NCBI GenBank assembly: GCA_965207885.1
Contig: OZ242311.1
Location: forward strand, 2,304,001 to 2,368,000
Direction of reading: 5' to 3'
Source of the DNA: Candidatus Latescibacterota bacterium
GTDB taxonomy: Bacteria; Latescibacterota; UBA2968
Length of the DNA stretch: 64,000 bases
The notes beneath the pieces were generated by a model that was given only the letters and a program-made list of their open reading frames with translations, was not told where the DNA came from and did no database searches. Both the position numbers and the translations under genes were made by a program. Positions 1 to 9,541 of this stretch are shown in pieces. The first letter of the stretch is position 1; every line of letters begins with the position of its first letter.

Positions 1-181
1 TGGAGACCTGATCTGGACGATCAATCACGATTCGCCCTTGGGAGAGGCAGAATGGAATCAGGCGCCGCGATCCTTCGCGAGGCCGGAAGTACAGTCAGGC
101 ATCTACTTCTACTCTGTAGAGTCTCTTGTGGGCTCATCTCAGGGGGAGATGCGGTTCGGTTCATTTGTAATCATCAAATAG
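1..181 (+). CDS. 3' end of a secreted protein with a T9SS-like/FlgD-Ig C-terminal sorting domain (partial, runs off the left edge)
   Basis: Frame starting at base 2 reads GDLIWTINHDSPLGEAEWNQAPRSFARPEVQSGIYFYSVESLVGSSQGEMRFGSFVIIK* (TAG at 179-181). The W...SGIYFY.V...G.F.IIK ending resembles FCB-type CTDs, and a PorV-family gene follows directly. Not in the ORF track because it has no start in the window. Confidence 0.7.
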   Translation, partial: GDLIWTINHDSPLGEAEWNQAPRSFARPEVQSGIYFYSVESLVGSSQGEMRFGSFVIIK

Positions 182-196
182 TCAAGGAGCTTTGCT

Positions 197-1186
197 ATGA
201 TGACCAGGATATACGCATCGATCTGCGTATTCGCGATTGTGATTTTGCTGCAATCGCCCGCCCAGGGACAGGGATATGTGGAAATCAAGGATGAGGACAT
301 TTACTCCTCAACCGCTGCTTCGCGAATTGGGCTTACAGGATTTGCATTTCTGAAGATTTCCCAGGGGGCGCGATCGGTGGGAATGGGGGATGCGTACACG
401 GCCATATCCAATGATATCAATGCGGCATTCAAGAATCCTGCCGGCTTGACTCATATGAAACGGATTGAGTACGTGTTCTCTTACAACCGATGGTTGGTAA
501 ACAGCACGGTTGCTTCCGGAGCTGTTGCGGCGAATACGCCGTATGGCGTGGTGGGCGTTACCTTTATCGGTTTCTACCCTGAGAAGAGCAAGGAAACCAC
601 CATACTCCAGCCGCTCGGAACGGGAGAGATGGTGAATGCTGGGGATGTCGCCATCGGATTTCTTTACGCGAAGAAAATGACCGATAGGCTCTCCTTCGGC
701 GTTCACGGTCGCTGGATTCAGGAAACGCTGCACGACAAAAAAATTTCCAGTTACGATGTCTCACTTGGCACGCTGTTCTACACGGGATTTGGCTCCAGCA
801 GGTTGGCGATGACATTGCAGAATTTTGGCAAAGACGTAACGCCGGAAGCGGTCACTTTCGCCATGCCAATGGTCTTCAATATCGCCGCTGCTATGGAGGT
901 TTACGGAACGATAGAAGATCCCACCTACCTCACAGCCGCAGTCGATTTCAGCTATGCCACTGATTTCGGTGAGCGGTTACATTTTGGCGGTGAACTCTGG
1001 GTCGCAAGGGTGCTCGCGCTTCGAGCTGGATACAAGACCAATTACGACATCGAGAGTTATTCACTTGGTGCCGGTGTTCGCGTGAACTATGTGGGAGGTA
1101 GGCAGGTCTCTGTCGATTTTGCCTATTCGGCGATTGAGGGTGGCTTCGATCCTCCGCTGCGCGTGTCTCTAAGCGGGAGTTTTTAG
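197..1186 (+). CDS. PorV/PorQ-family (UPF0164-like) outer-membrane beta-barrel protein
   Basis: Signal peptide, FLKISQGARSVGMGDAYTA..NDINAAFKNPAGL motif, alternating beta-strands, terminal Phe (SLSGSF), AAGGAG RBS. Confidence 0.85.
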   Translation: MMTRIYASICVFAIVILLQSPAQGQGYVEIKDEDIYSSTAASRIGLTGFAFLKISQGARSVGMGDAYTAISNDINAAFKNPAGLTHMKRIEYVFSYNRWLVNSTVASGAVAANTPYGVVGVTFIGFYPEKSKETTILQPLGTGEMVNAGDVAIGFLYAKKMTDRLSFGVHGRWIQETLHDKKISSYDVSLGTLFYTGFGSSRLAMTLQNFGKDVTPEAVTFAMPMVFNIAAAMEVYGTIEDPTYLTAAVDFSYATDFGERLHFGGELWVARVLALRAGYKTNYDIESYSLGAGVRVNYVGGRQVSVDFAYSAIEGGFDPPLRVSLSGSF

Positions 1187-1210
1187 ACCGAAAGGATTGC
1201 GAGGAGAGAT

Positions 1211-3199
1211 TTGTCCTCTCTGCAAGATCCCATCGTTAGCCATCCAGTGCCTTCCCCCGCAGAGGAGCGGGGGATCACGTTGCGTTCGTTTCTGATTGGG
1301 TTGGGTGTGGTCTGTCTGGTCAACCTGTGGGTCACGTGGTCGGATTTCATAATTCATTCCTCGGCCTGGAATCTGAGCCACTTCCCCATGGTGAATTTCA
1401 TTCCGTTTGTCATCCTCACAGTCTTATCATCGGTTTCAGACAGATTATTTGGACCGCGCTGGTCTTTTTCATCTGCCGAACTCGCCACCGTTCTGGCCAT
1501 GGGGCTGGTGGGCAGCGTCGTGCCGACCAACGGATTTATGGGATATGTGCTCGGCATTTTGGCCATGCCGTATTACCTGGCCACCCCCGAGAATGGTTGG
1601 GCGCTCTACTTTCACCCCCACCTTGCCGACTGGATGGCGCCGCGAGATGAAAACGACGCCGTGCGCTACTTTTTCGAAGGCCTACCCAAAGGTGTGCACA
1701 TCCCCTGGGAAACCTGGGCAAGCCCGCTTTTCTGGTGGCTTACATTTGCAGCGTCGATCACGCTGATCTCGGCCTGCACGGTTGTCATTTTGCGCAAGCA
1801 ATGGACGGAGAACGAACGGCTCGATTATCCCATCATCAGCGTAGGCATCGACATGGCGCTGCGCTCGAATCCCCGGAACTGGCTGCCGGAATACATGAAA
1901 GGCAAGCTGTTCTGGGGTGGTTTTTCGGTCGCCTGCGGAATCGTTTGTTGGAATATTCCCAGTTACTTCATACCCGGCCTGCCCGAATTCCCGCTGCTTC
2001 CCAGGTGGTTTACGCTGGCCGCTGGTTTTCCCACAATTGACTTCCACATCAGCTTTTTTGCACTGGCTTTTGCATTTTTTGCCAGGCTTGAAGCCCTGTT
2101 CAGCGTCTGGTTCTTCTTCCTGATTTTTCTAATCCAGAGCGCGGTATTCAACCGATTTGGGTTCACCATCGGCACCTCGGGAGATCCCTGGTCTTCCCAC
2201 AACCCCGCAGTTGGCTGGCAAAGCTGGGGGTCTCTCTGCTTCATCGTGGCCTGGGGGATCTGGGTTGCTCGCCACCATCTGCGCGACGTTTTTTCAAAGG
2301 CCATCTGGGGGGTACCGGGTGAAGGCAGAGCTGAAGAAATGATGTCTTACCGGATGGCTCTTACCGGCCTGATCAGTGGACTGGTTTATGCCATTGGATT
2401 TCTGTACTGTGCGGGTATGAGCTATACCATGGCCATCGCGCTCTTGCTTTCCACGCTCATCGGCTACCTGGGGGTATCCCGCATCCTGGTGGAAACCGGG
2501 TTGCTCTACGTGGTCGTACCGGTAACGGGTCAGTCCTCCACCGTATATTTTCTGGGATCGCGTGGCCTGCCGGAATCCTCGATGACAGCCATGGCATTCA
2601 CCTATATCCTCGTCACGAGGGGTGCCGGTATGTTCATGCCTTCGCTGACCCATCTGGGCAAGCTGGCAGATCAGATTCCCCAGATACGAAGGCGTCTGAT
2701 CTACGCGCTTGGTGCCTCAATTGTGGTCGGAGTTCTGGTTGCCGCCATTGTAACCCTGTATCTGGGCTACACGCATGGGGCATACAACTTCAACGTATGG
2801 GTGTTGGGCGGGGGCGGCAGTCAGCGTCCTTTCATCGATACGCTGGTCAAGATGCAGTCGCCATTCACAACAGACTGGTATCGCATCTCCTTTTTTTTAT
2901 TCGGGGCGCTGGTCTCGGCCGCGCTGGTGGCTTTGCGCTATCGCTTTCCCTGGTGGCCCCTGTCACCCATTGGATTTCCCCTGGCCACTTCCTGGCCCAT
3001 GCGCAGAGTCGGGTTCACTATCTTTCTGGCCTGGTTCATCAAGGCCGTCATCATGAAACTGGGGGGTGCCGTGCTCTACCGTCGGTGCCAGCCCTTTGCA
3101 GTCGGGCTCCTGGTCGGTTGGGCAGCCGGAGTTGGCATCTCTTTCCTGATCGATATCTTCTACTTTCCCGGCAACGGACACGGGATCCACTCGTATTGA
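1211..3199 (+). CDS. DUF6785/DUF6784-like polytopic membrane protein (putative peptide/solute transporter), copy 1
   Basis: 662 aa, many hydrophobic segments, motifs LRKQWTENERLDYP and RYRFPWWPLSPIGF...K.GG..LYRR..PF..GL..G. GAGGAG RBS before TTG start. Confidence 0.75.
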   Translation: MSSLQDPIVSHPVPSPAEERGITLRSFLIGLGVVCLVNLWVTWSDFIIHSSAWNLSHFPMVNFIPFVILTVLSSVSDRLFGPRWSFSSAELATVLAMGLVGSVVPTNGFMGYVLGILAMPYYLATPENGWALYFHPHLADWMAPRDENDAVRYFFEGLPKGVHIPWETWASPLFWWLTFAASITLISACTVVILRKQWTENERLDYPIISVGIDMALRSNPRNWLPEYMKGKLFWGGFSVACGIVCWNIPSYFIPGLPEFPLLPRWFTLAAGFPTIDFHISFFALAFAFFARLEALFSVWFFFLIFLIQSAVFNRFGFTIGTSGDPWSSHNPAVGWQSWGSLCFIVAWGIWVARHHLRDVFSKAIWGVPGEGRAEEMMSYRMALTGLISGLVYAIGFLYCAGMSYTMAIALLLSTLIGYLGVSRILVETGLLYVVVPVTGQSSTVYFLGSRGLPESSMTAMAFTYILVTRGAGMFMPSLTHLGKLADQIPQIRRRLIYALGASIVVGVLVAAIVTLYLGYTHGAYNFNVWVLGGGGSQRPFIDTLVKMQSPFTTDWYRISFFLFGALVSAALVALRYRFPWWPLSPIGFPLATSWPMRRVGFTIFLAWFIKAVIMKLGGAVLYRRCQPFAVGLLVGWAAGVGISFLIDIFYFPGNGHGIHSY

Positions 3200-3211
3200 A
3201 AGAGAGGCACC

Positions 3212-4561
3212 ATGGCAAATGCAATAGAAATCGGCATTGCCCGCACCGACATCACCCCTGCGGTTGGCATCCCCATGGTCGGATTTGCGGGGCGGGGACC
3301 TTCAACGCGTGTAAATGACCCGTTATATGCCACGGCTATGGCAGTTTCCTGCGCGGGGGAGCAAGCCGTATTGATCGCCTCGGATCTCCTCCAGTTTAAG
3401 GCGGAAACAGTCGCCGAGTTTCGCGAGATCATCCAGGCTGCATCGGGAATCTCCGCCTATCGGATTACTCTGGCATGTAGCCACACGCATTATGGGCCTG
3501 ATATCGATCGCGCAGGTAGGCGATCTCCTTCGCCTGGTCCGAGTTCGACCGAAGGTTCCGAACTGGTCGATGCCTATCGGATTCACCTCGGATTCAAACT
3601 ATCGGGCCTGGTACAGGAGGCACAGCAAAATCTGAAGCCGGCGCGAATGGGTATCGGCTGGGGCAGTTCCGATATCGGTATCAACCGCAGGGAGAAGACC
3701 CCTGATGGACGGATCATTCTCGGCAACAACTACGATGGGCCTGTTGACCGCGAGGTCGGCATCGCGCGGATTGAAGATACAGAGGGAAACCCTATCGCCT
3801 GTCTGGTCAATTTTGCGACGCATCCCGTTGCACAGACTTCTCAGCAACGCGCCATTTCCGCCGGGTTTCCCGGCAAGATGACCCAGGTGGTAGAAGGTCT
3901 TACGGGTGCGTATTGTCTTTTTCTACAGGGGGCGGCGGGCGATATCAATCCCGCTCTGGGATTCCGCGGACCGGATCAGCGACCAGAAGATCTTCACAAG
4001 CCATCGGACAGTCTGGGCATTCGACTGGGCTGCGAAGTGGTGCGCGTTTGGGAAACCATCAGCGTTGGTGAGGCGCAAGGCTTGAATATCGCTTCAAAAA
4101 CTATAAACCTGCCCCGCTACATGTACGGCGACTTAAAAAGCGCGGAACAGCTCGATGGGGAATTCGATCAGGAGTTGAAAGCGAGAAATCTTTCAGATGG
4201 GCAGCGATATTGGACAGAGCTGAGGCAAAGTCGGGTGCGGGAAGCAATTAGTAGCCATCAGACAGGGGTTCCACTCGATCCCGTTGAGACGGAATTGCAG
4301 GCATGGCGAATAGGTGATCTCGCCTTTGTGACTGCACCGGCGGAGATTTTTACTGAAAACGGCACGCTTGTAAAAAATCAATCGCCGTTTGATCACACTT
4401 TCTTCGTGGGCTATACGAATGGCTCCATTGGGTATGTCCCTACCGTGGATGCCTACCCCGAGGGAGGATACGAAGTCACCCACGCCTGCCAGGTCGATCC
4501 CGAGGCGGGCGGTCTGATCAATGAGAATTGCCTGGCACTGCTCCGGCAGGTCGTGGCATAA
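3212..4561 (+). CDS. neutral/alkaline non-lysosomal ceramidase-fold amidohydrolase (canonical HTH motif)
   Basis: DITP..G.PMVGFAGR, DPLYA, SHTHYGP, NRR, NFATHP, GAAGD, AEIF, GYVP...YPEGGYE. Confidence 0.8.
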   Translation: MANAIEIGIARTDITPAVGIPMVGFAGRGPSTRVNDPLYATAMAVSCAGEQAVLIASDLLQFKAETVAEFREIIQAASGISAYRITLACSHTHYGPDIDRAGRRSPSPGPSSTEGSELVDAYRIHLGFKLSGLVQEAQQNLKPARMGIGWGSSDIGINRREKTPDGRIILGNNYDGPVDREVGIARIEDTEGNPIACLVNFATHPVAQTSQQRAISAGFPGKMTQVVEGLTGAYCLFLQGAAGDINPALGFRGPDQRPEDLHKPSDSLGIRLGCEVVRVWETISVGEAQGLNIASKTINLPRYMYGDLKSAEQLDGEFDQELKARNLSDGQRYWTELRQSRVREAISSHQTGVPLDPVETELQAWRIGDLAFVTAPAEIFTENGTLVKNQSPFDHTFFVGYTNGSIGYVPTVDAYPEGGYEVTHACQVDPEAGGLINENCLALLRQVVA

Positions 4562-4575
4562 CGGAGGGGATTCAT

Positions 4576-6048
4576 ATGGCAGATAGACCCAATATTCTGG
4601 TGATCATGTCCGATCAACACAGCAAATTTCACATCGGATGTTATGGCGATGAAGTGGTTCGAACCCCACATATGGACCGGCTTGCTGCCGAAGGCATACG
4701 GTTCAACAACGCCTATTGCGCAGCGCCGCTTTGCGTACCCAGCCGGATGGCTTTTATGACATCCAGAACGCCCACCGCGAACCGCGTCTGGACAAATAGC
4801 CATATTCTCTCTTCTGCCATCCCCACCTGGGCACATGGCATGGGCGCAGCCGGCTATGAAACTGCCCTGATTGGACGTATGCACTTTGTTGGATCGGATC
4901 AGAGGCACGGATTTGAGCGACGGCCCATTGGCGAATGGGGCGCACATCACCCCGGTGTTTCTTTGCAGGGCGCTCCCCTGTTTCGCAAAATGCCCCTGGG
5001 TGTATCTGGGCAGAGCCGCGTGAGCGTAGAATATGCCGGTTATGGGATGTGTACCTATCAGGCGTATGATGACATGGTCGTTGCGTCTGCCCTTGATTAT
5101 TTGGACGAGAAGGCCCATGATGAGGGAGATCGTCCCTTTGCCGCTGTGGCTGGCTTTGTTCTCCCGCACTGCCCCTATATCGCCGCTACAAAGGAACTTT
5201 TCGAATATTATTACGATAGGGTAGATGTTCCTCAGCCAACGCCGGAAGAGGCACAGAGAGCACCGGCGGCTATCCGCAAGTTGAAACGCCTGCGCGATCT
5301 GGACAGAACATTCCCCGAAGAACGCATTCGCGTGGCCCGGGCAGCCTATTTTGCTATGTGCGAGTACTTTGACAGCATCGTCGGCCAGATGCTCCAGAAG
5401 CTGGATGAGACGGGGCTGGCTGAAAACACGCTGGTCATCTACTGCTCTGACCACGGCGAAATGGCCGGAGAACACGGACTGTGGTCCAAGAGCAACTACT
5501 ACGAAGCATCTGTTTCCGTGCCCCTCATTGCCCGTTTGCCCGGGGTCATCCCCGCGGGTGGAATCAGCGATAGTATCTGCAACCTCATGGATATTGGACC
5601 GACTCTGATCGAGATGGCTGGCGCTCCTCCGATGCCTGCTACTGACGGCCAGTCGCTGTGGCCCCAAATGTGCGGAGAGAACGATCCGAACTGGGTCGAT
5701 GAAACCTTCAGCGAACATCTCTGGGTAGCCAACGAAGTGCCTTCCCGCATGATCCGCAAGGGAGCATGGAAGCTCTACAAGTACAACGAACCCACCCCTC
5801 CAGCGCTCTTTAACCTGGAGGAAGATCCCGGAGAACTCAATGATCTGGGACTGGACACGCGGTACCAGGATGTGCGAGAGAAGCTCTTGAAACGCCTCTA
5901 CGAAGACTGGGATCCCGCAGATATCATCAGTGAAACAGCTATTCTGGATCGGGATTATCGCACCATTTCGGCATGGGGCCAGGTTGTCCAGCCCATACAC
6001 GAAGACACTGTAGCCGTGCCGGATGTTGAAGATATCGAACTTCGATAG
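4576..6048 (+). CDS. formylglycine-dependent sulfatase (choline-sulfatase-like)
   Basis: PNILVIMSDQH, CVPSR (CxPxR), GRMHF, PHCPY, SDHGE. ATG at 4576 follows a GGAGGGG RBS. Confidence 0.9.
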   Translation: MADRPNILVIMSDQHSKFHIGCYGDEVVRTPHMDRLAAEGIRFNNAYCAAPLCVPSRMAFMTSRTPTANRVWTNSHILSSAIPTWAHGMGAAGYETALIGRMHFVGSDQRHGFERRPIGEWGAHHPGVSLQGAPLFRKMPLGVSGQSRVSVEYAGYGMCTYQAYDDMVVASALDYLDEKAHDEGDRPFAAVAGFVLPHCPYIAATKELFEYYYDRVDVPQPTPEEAQRAPAAIRKLKRLRDLDRTFPEERIRVARAAYFAMCEYFDSIVGQMLQKLDETGLAENTLVIYCSDHGEMAGEHGLWSKSNYYEASVSVPLIARLPGVIPAGGISDSICNLMDIGPTLIEMAGAPPMPATDGQSLWPQMCGENDPNWVDETFSEHLWVANEVPSRMIRKGAWKLYKYNEPTPPALFNLEEDPGELNDLGLDTRYQDVREKLLKRLYEDWDPADIISETAILDRDYRTISAWGQVVQPIHEDTVAVPDVEDIELR

Positions 6049-6076
6049 ATGGTGAATTCAAATTAAGTGTGATCAC

Positions 6077-8065
6077 GTGTCCCAACCATTAGAAACTCCA
6101 CGCGACCGTCAAGACCAGGTGCCCGACTCTTCTCGAGATAGGGGGTTGACCCTTCGCTCGGTACTCATTGGGCTTTGCTTTGCTGGTCTGGCCAACTTCT
6201 GGGTGACCTGGTCCGACTACATCATACATTCCTCGACATGGAATCTGAGCCATTTTCCGATGGTCAACTTTATTCTTTTTCTATTGTTGACCGTCTTTTT
6301 AGCTGTGGCCGGACGAGTATTTGGCCCCCGATTTGCGCTTGCACCTTCGGAATTGGCAACAGTAATGAGCATGGGGCTGGTCGGCAGTGTCGTGCCCACC
6401 AATGGATTCATCGGATATGTTCTCGGCATTCTGGCGACGCCGTATTATCTGGCGACGCCGGAAAACGGGTGGGGTATCTATTTTCATCCCTACATTCCCG
6501 ATTGGATGGCACCATCGAACTCCGGCGATTCCATGCGGTATCTCTTTGAGGGATTGCCCGGTGGTATGCGGATTCCCTGGCAGGTCTGGATAGGTCCTCT
6601 TCTCTGGTGGCTGAGTTTTGCCGGGGGTATTGCCCTGGTCTCGGCATGTATTGTCGTATGCATGAGAAAACAATGGACTGATTACGAACGCCTCGATTAT
6701 CCCATCATCGGAGTAGGGATCGATATGGCAATGAGGTCGCGAGCTGTGGGTTGGTTGCCGGAATATATGCACGGTCGCATTTTCTGGGGTGGATTCGCGG
6801 TTTCTTGTGGCATCGTTTGCTGGAATATCCCAGGCTACTTCATGCCCGGTATTCCCGCTTTCCCACTCTTGCCTCAGTGGTTTACCTTTGCAACCGGTTT
6901 TCCAACAATTGATTTCCACATCAGCTTTTTCGCCTTTGCCTTCGCCTTCTTCGTCAATCTCGAGGCCCTGTTCAGTACCTGGTTCTTTTTTTTACTTTTC
7001 ATTTTACAAAGCGGCGTTTTCAACCGGTTTGGGTACACCATAGGCACCCGTGGTGATCCCTGGTCCTCTCTAAATCCCGCAGTGGGTTGGCAAAGCTGGG
7101 GGGCGATGTGTTTTATCGTCTTCTGGGGACTCTGGGTTGGGCGAAATCACATCAAGCAAGTCTTCTACCAGGCCTTCCGTTCCGCCCAAGCTGGTCGTTC
7201 AGAAGAAATGATGTCCTACCGCATAGCTATTTTCGGGTTGGTCTTCGGGCTCGTCTATGTGATCGGTTTTCTGCACCATGCGGGGATGAGTTATAAGATG
7301 GCCATCGTCCTGATTTCCTGTACTCTCGTCGGATACCTTGGTGTTGCCCGTATCGTAGCGGAGACGGGCCTTCTTTATGTCGTCGTACCGGTGACGGGCC
7401 AGTCGGCCACCATATATCTTCTGGGGTCATATGGTATGCCTCCAGAAAGTATGACGGCCATGGTATTCACCTATATGCTCGTTACCCGGGGGGCAGCTAT
7501 GTTCATGCCCTCGTTCACGCAAATGGGCAAGCTCGCGGATCGAATTCCCCAGGTTCGACGAGGACTGATGTCGGCACTGGGTGGTGCGATCATTGCTGGA
7601 GTCGTGATTTCCATTGTGGTTACCTTCTATCTGGGATACAGCCAGGGCGCCTACAACTTCAATATCTGGGTATTTGGCCTGGGAAGTCAGGTTCCCTTTA
7701 TCGACACACTCACAAAAATCCGAACGCCCTTTTCCACGGACTGGAATCGCCTGTCTTTCTTTGGAATCGGAGTGGCTGTCTCTGCCCTGTTGACCTTTCT
7801 GCGTTACAGGTTTCCAGGGTGGCCCCTTTCTCCGATCGGCTTTCCGCTTTCCACCTCATGGCCAATGAGGAGGATCGGTTTCACAATTTTTCTGGCCTGG
7901 TTGGTAAAGGCGCTGGTTATGAAGATCGGAGGCGTTGTCCTCTACAGGCGATTTCAGCCCTTTGCACTGGGCCTGGTTGTCGGTTGGGCCGTCGGTGTGG
8001 GAATATCTTTTGCGGTAGATATCATCTGGTTTCCCGGTCAAGGCCACATGATTCACTGGTATTGA
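6077..8065 (+). CDS. DUF6785/DUF6784-like polytopic membrane protein, copy 2
   Basis: 662 aa, colinear with 1211..3199 and sharing long identical blocks (WNLSHFPMVNFI, MGLVGSVVPTNGF, FPTIDFHISFFA, ETGLLYVVVPVTGQS). Confidence 0.75.
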   Translation: MSQPLETPRDRQDQVPDSSRDRGLTLRSVLIGLCFAGLANFWVTWSDYIIHSSTWNLSHFPMVNFILFLLLTVFLAVAGRVFGPRFALAPSELATVMSMGLVGSVVPTNGFIGYVLGILATPYYLATPENGWGIYFHPYIPDWMAPSNSGDSMRYLFEGLPGGMRIPWQVWIGPLLWWLSFAGGIALVSACIVVCMRKQWTDYERLDYPIIGVGIDMAMRSRAVGWLPEYMHGRIFWGGFAVSCGIVCWNIPGYFMPGIPAFPLLPQWFTFATGFPTIDFHISFFAFAFAFFVNLEALFSTWFFFLLFILQSGVFNRFGYTIGTRGDPWSSLNPAVGWQSWGAMCFIVFWGLWVGRNHIKQVFYQAFRSAQAGRSEEMMSYRIAIFGLVFGLVYVIGFLHHAGMSYKMAIVLISCTLVGYLGVARIVAETGLLYVVVPVTGQSATIYLLGSYGMPPESMTAMVFTYMLVTRGAAMFMPSFTQMGKLADRIPQVRRGLMSALGGAIIAGVVISIVVTFYLGYSQGAYNFNIWVFGLGSQVPFIDTLTKIRTPFSTDWNRLSFFGIGVAVSALLTFLRYRFPGWPLSPIGFPLSTSWPMRRIGFTIFLAWLVKALVMKIGGVVLYRRFQPFALGLVVGWAVGVGISFAVDIIWFPGQGHMIHWY

Positions 8066-8081
8066 GAGAGGAGATGTTTCA

Positions 8082-9512
8082 ATGGACTTATCAGGTTTTT
8101 TTATCGTAGCCCCATCTGTGGTCGGAATCGGCGAGCCGTTTGAGCTGAAGCTCAAGCTGCTCGGAGAGGTTCGGGAGATTCCTCCCGAATGCTTCCCTCT
8201 CAACCAGACCGAACCACAACTGAGCAGCCGGTACAATCTGTCTCCAAGGGGATTGGCCTTCAAGGACAACGTCCTGCCCGAATTCGAGGGTTCGATTGAC
8301 CTCTCCGGTGGTGACGGCTATGAAGGACCGGCCACCTATACATTTGAAGGGGGGCGGCGGCCTATTGCCGCTATACCGGGAATTCGCTATACTCAGGAAG
8401 GCTTCCACTATATTACCGTTACGGCCAATGGAAAGCAGGCCCGCAGCAATCCCATTCGCGTCTGTCAGGCTCCCCCGGTAGAACGCCTCTTCTGGGGAGA
8501 CACCCACGCCCACACCATTTTTAGCGACGCTATTCGTTCTCCCGAGGAAGTCTATGGTTTTGCCCGCGACGAAGGATTTCTGGACCTGTTTTCAATGACC
8601 GATCACGCCGAAGCCCTGACTGATCGGCAGTGGGACTACTTTGTCAGCGTCGCGAACGACCACTATGAACCGGGCCGGTTTGCCACACTCGTGGCGCTTG
8701 AGTGGACCAATTTCGAAGTCGGCCATAGAAACGTTTACTACCCGGGAGACTACGGTCCTATTCTTCGCGCTACGGACTCGCCCTATCAGGACCTGGAAGG
8801 TCTCTATCGAGCCGCCAGAGAGCACGGCGCCCTCCTCGTCCCGCACCATTCGGCCAATACCCAGATGGGCGTCAAATGGCACGCGGGGCACGATCCCGAA
8901 ATGGAACGCCTTGTAGAAATTCACTCTGTGTGGGCATGCAGCGAAAGGGCCGAACACCAGGGCAACCCCTATCCCATCAGAGTTCAGGATGGTGAGACAG
9001 ACGGCCAGCACGTCATCGATGCTCTGAACTTGGGCTACCGGTTCGGCATCATTGGTAGCGGAGACATCCACGATGGAAGGCCCGGAGACGACCTTTCCAG
9101 CCTGCAAAACATGGCGCAATCCCACCTCACCGCACGGCAGGGCATCATGGGTTTCTGGGCGAAGGAACTCACCCGTGAAGCCGCATTCGAAGCCATGTGG
9201 AACCGCCGCGTTTTTGGTACCATGAATGTCCGCGTGTACCTCCGCTTCGAAGTCTGTGGCGCTTTTATGGGATCCACCGTCAGGCACGACGGCCCCCGGC
9301 ATATTCGCCTGGAAGCTGCCAGCGAGTCCCCCTTTACGCTTATTGAAATTGTGCGAAACGGCGAAACCGTCCAGAAGATTGAACCCGGCGAATGCGAAAT
9401 TCTCTGGGAGACGCAAGACGGAGGCTCGGGAGGCATGGACTATTATTATGGTCGCCTCATGCGAGAAGACGGTCAAATGGCCTGGTCCAGCCCGGTGTGG
9501 GTCGAGTCCTGA
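8082..9512 (+). CDS. DUF3604 / CehA-McbA-like PHP-fold metallohydrolase
   Basis: WGDTHAHT..SD, TDH, EWT, GHRN, PHH, VEIHSVW, GSGDIHDGRPG, C-terminal YYY.R...DG..AWSSPVWV. Confidence 0.75.
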   Translation: MDLSGFFIVAPSVVGIGEPFELKLKLLGEVREIPPECFPLNQTEPQLSSRYNLSPRGLAFKDNVLPEFEGSIDLSGGDGYEGPATYTFEGGRRPIAAIPGIRYTQEGFHYITVTANGKQARSNPIRVCQAPPVERLFWGDTHAHTIFSDAIRSPEEVYGFARDEGFLDLFSMTDHAEALTDRQWDYFVSVANDHYEPGRFATLVALEWTNFEVGHRNVYYPGDYGPILRATDSPYQDLEGLYRAAREHGALLVPHHSANTQMGVKWHAGHDPEMERLVEIHSVWACSERAEHQGNPYPIRVQDGETDGQHVIDALNLGYRFGIIGSGDIHDGRPGDDLSSLQNMAQSHLTARQGIMGFWAKELTREAAFEAMWNRRVFGTMNVRVYLRFEVCGAFMGSTVRHDGPRHIRLEAASESPFTLIEIVRNGETVQKIEPGECEILWETQDGGSGGMDYYYGRLMREDGQMAWSSPVWVES

Positions 9513-9541
9513 TTCGCTCTGCGCCGCCTATGGAGAAAATC

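Noticed and set aside
52-294. 80-aa plus-strand ORF at the window start
   Set aside because: Out of frame with both the CTD-encoding frame (2..181) and the PorV gene that it overlaps.
4453-6000. 515-aa minus-strand ORF
   Set aside because: Antisense shadow of the sulfatase, with no recognisable motifs; long shadow ORFs are expected in GC-rich coding DNA.
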